From assembly GCA_902602185.1 (NCBI GenBank), contig CACKPV010000002.1:210506-274505 (forward strand): a stretch of DNA of 64,000 nucleotides, in the 5' to 3' direction. The notes beneath the pieces are model-generated. The model was given only the letters and a program-made list of their open reading frames with translations, searched no databases and was not told the origin of the DNA. The translations under genes and the position numbers were made by a program. Within the stretch, counting starts at the first letter, position 1; every line of letters starts with the position of its first letter. This DNA is from an uncultured SAR86 cluster bacterium (GTDB lineage Bacteria > Pseudomonadota > Gammaproteobacteria > Magnimaribacterales > D2472). This document shows positions 63,882-64,000 of this stretch, in pieces.

Positions 63882-64000
63882 TGAGTGAATCTTCAATGCA
63901 ATCAGAGACATCATCACAGCATAATTCGGTCCCTACTAATTATTATGTACCCGATTCAAGTAAATTTCCTATCTTTGCTGCATTTTCTTTGTTTTTAGTA
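63881..64000 (+). CDS. coxC: Cytochrome c oxidase subunit III, N-terminal fragment (runs off the window)
   Basis: Own translation: [45 protein letters not shown] overlap with ctaG. Call rests mainly on operon position. Confidence 0.6.
   Translation, partial: MSESSMQSETSSQHNSVPTNYYVPDSSKFPIFAAFSLFLV

Overview
Origin-proximal chromosome segment of a low-GC, streamlined, gammaproteobacterium-like genome. No rRNA, tRNA, CRISPR array, transposase or integrase was recognised. The core gene order is Pseudomonas-type: gyrB-recF-dnaN-dnaA (plus strand) next to rpmH-rnpA-yidC-mnmE-mnmG-(OYE flavoenzyme)-rsmG-parA-parB-atpBEFHAGDC-glmU-glmS (minus strand, no atpI). Right of gyrB lie plsC, glyQS, an lpxL-like gene, trkHA, fmt-def, purE, tsaC, hemF, aroE and the start of a cox operon. 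The left 15 kb holds housekeeping and metabolic genes (TRAP binding protein, uvrD, a MazG-like gene, hydrolases, oxidoreductases) plus two tandem orphan C5 DNA methyltransferases. About 11 kb downstream of glmS (15.2-26.15 kb) is accessory-looking. It carries small membrane or secreted ORFs, an SMR pump, a MerC-like/HXXEE/DoxX cluster, a membrane-anchored sulfatase and a Zn-peptidase. The main finding is in the 2.5 kb immediately downstream of glmS. It holds at least four extra same-orientation copies of the last five glmS codons plus stop (S-V-T-V-E-stop), and a fifth decayed copy. The intact copies differ from the real terminus only at synonymous positions. They partition the region into 0.5-0.8 kb units of one or two ORFs, with no recombinase or Tn7 genes in sight. 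Other notable points: a parA frameshift in a C8/G8 homopolymer; two candidate DnaA-box clusters 3.4 kb apart; GyrB lacking the proteobacterial insertion; an alpha2-type GlyRS; an HXXEE gene with an in-frame stop; two paralogous 56-57 aa proteins; and a promoter-abutted Cys-rich 15-codon mini-ORF ahead of a DoxX operon. All functional calls rest on motif recognition by eye. No database search was run.
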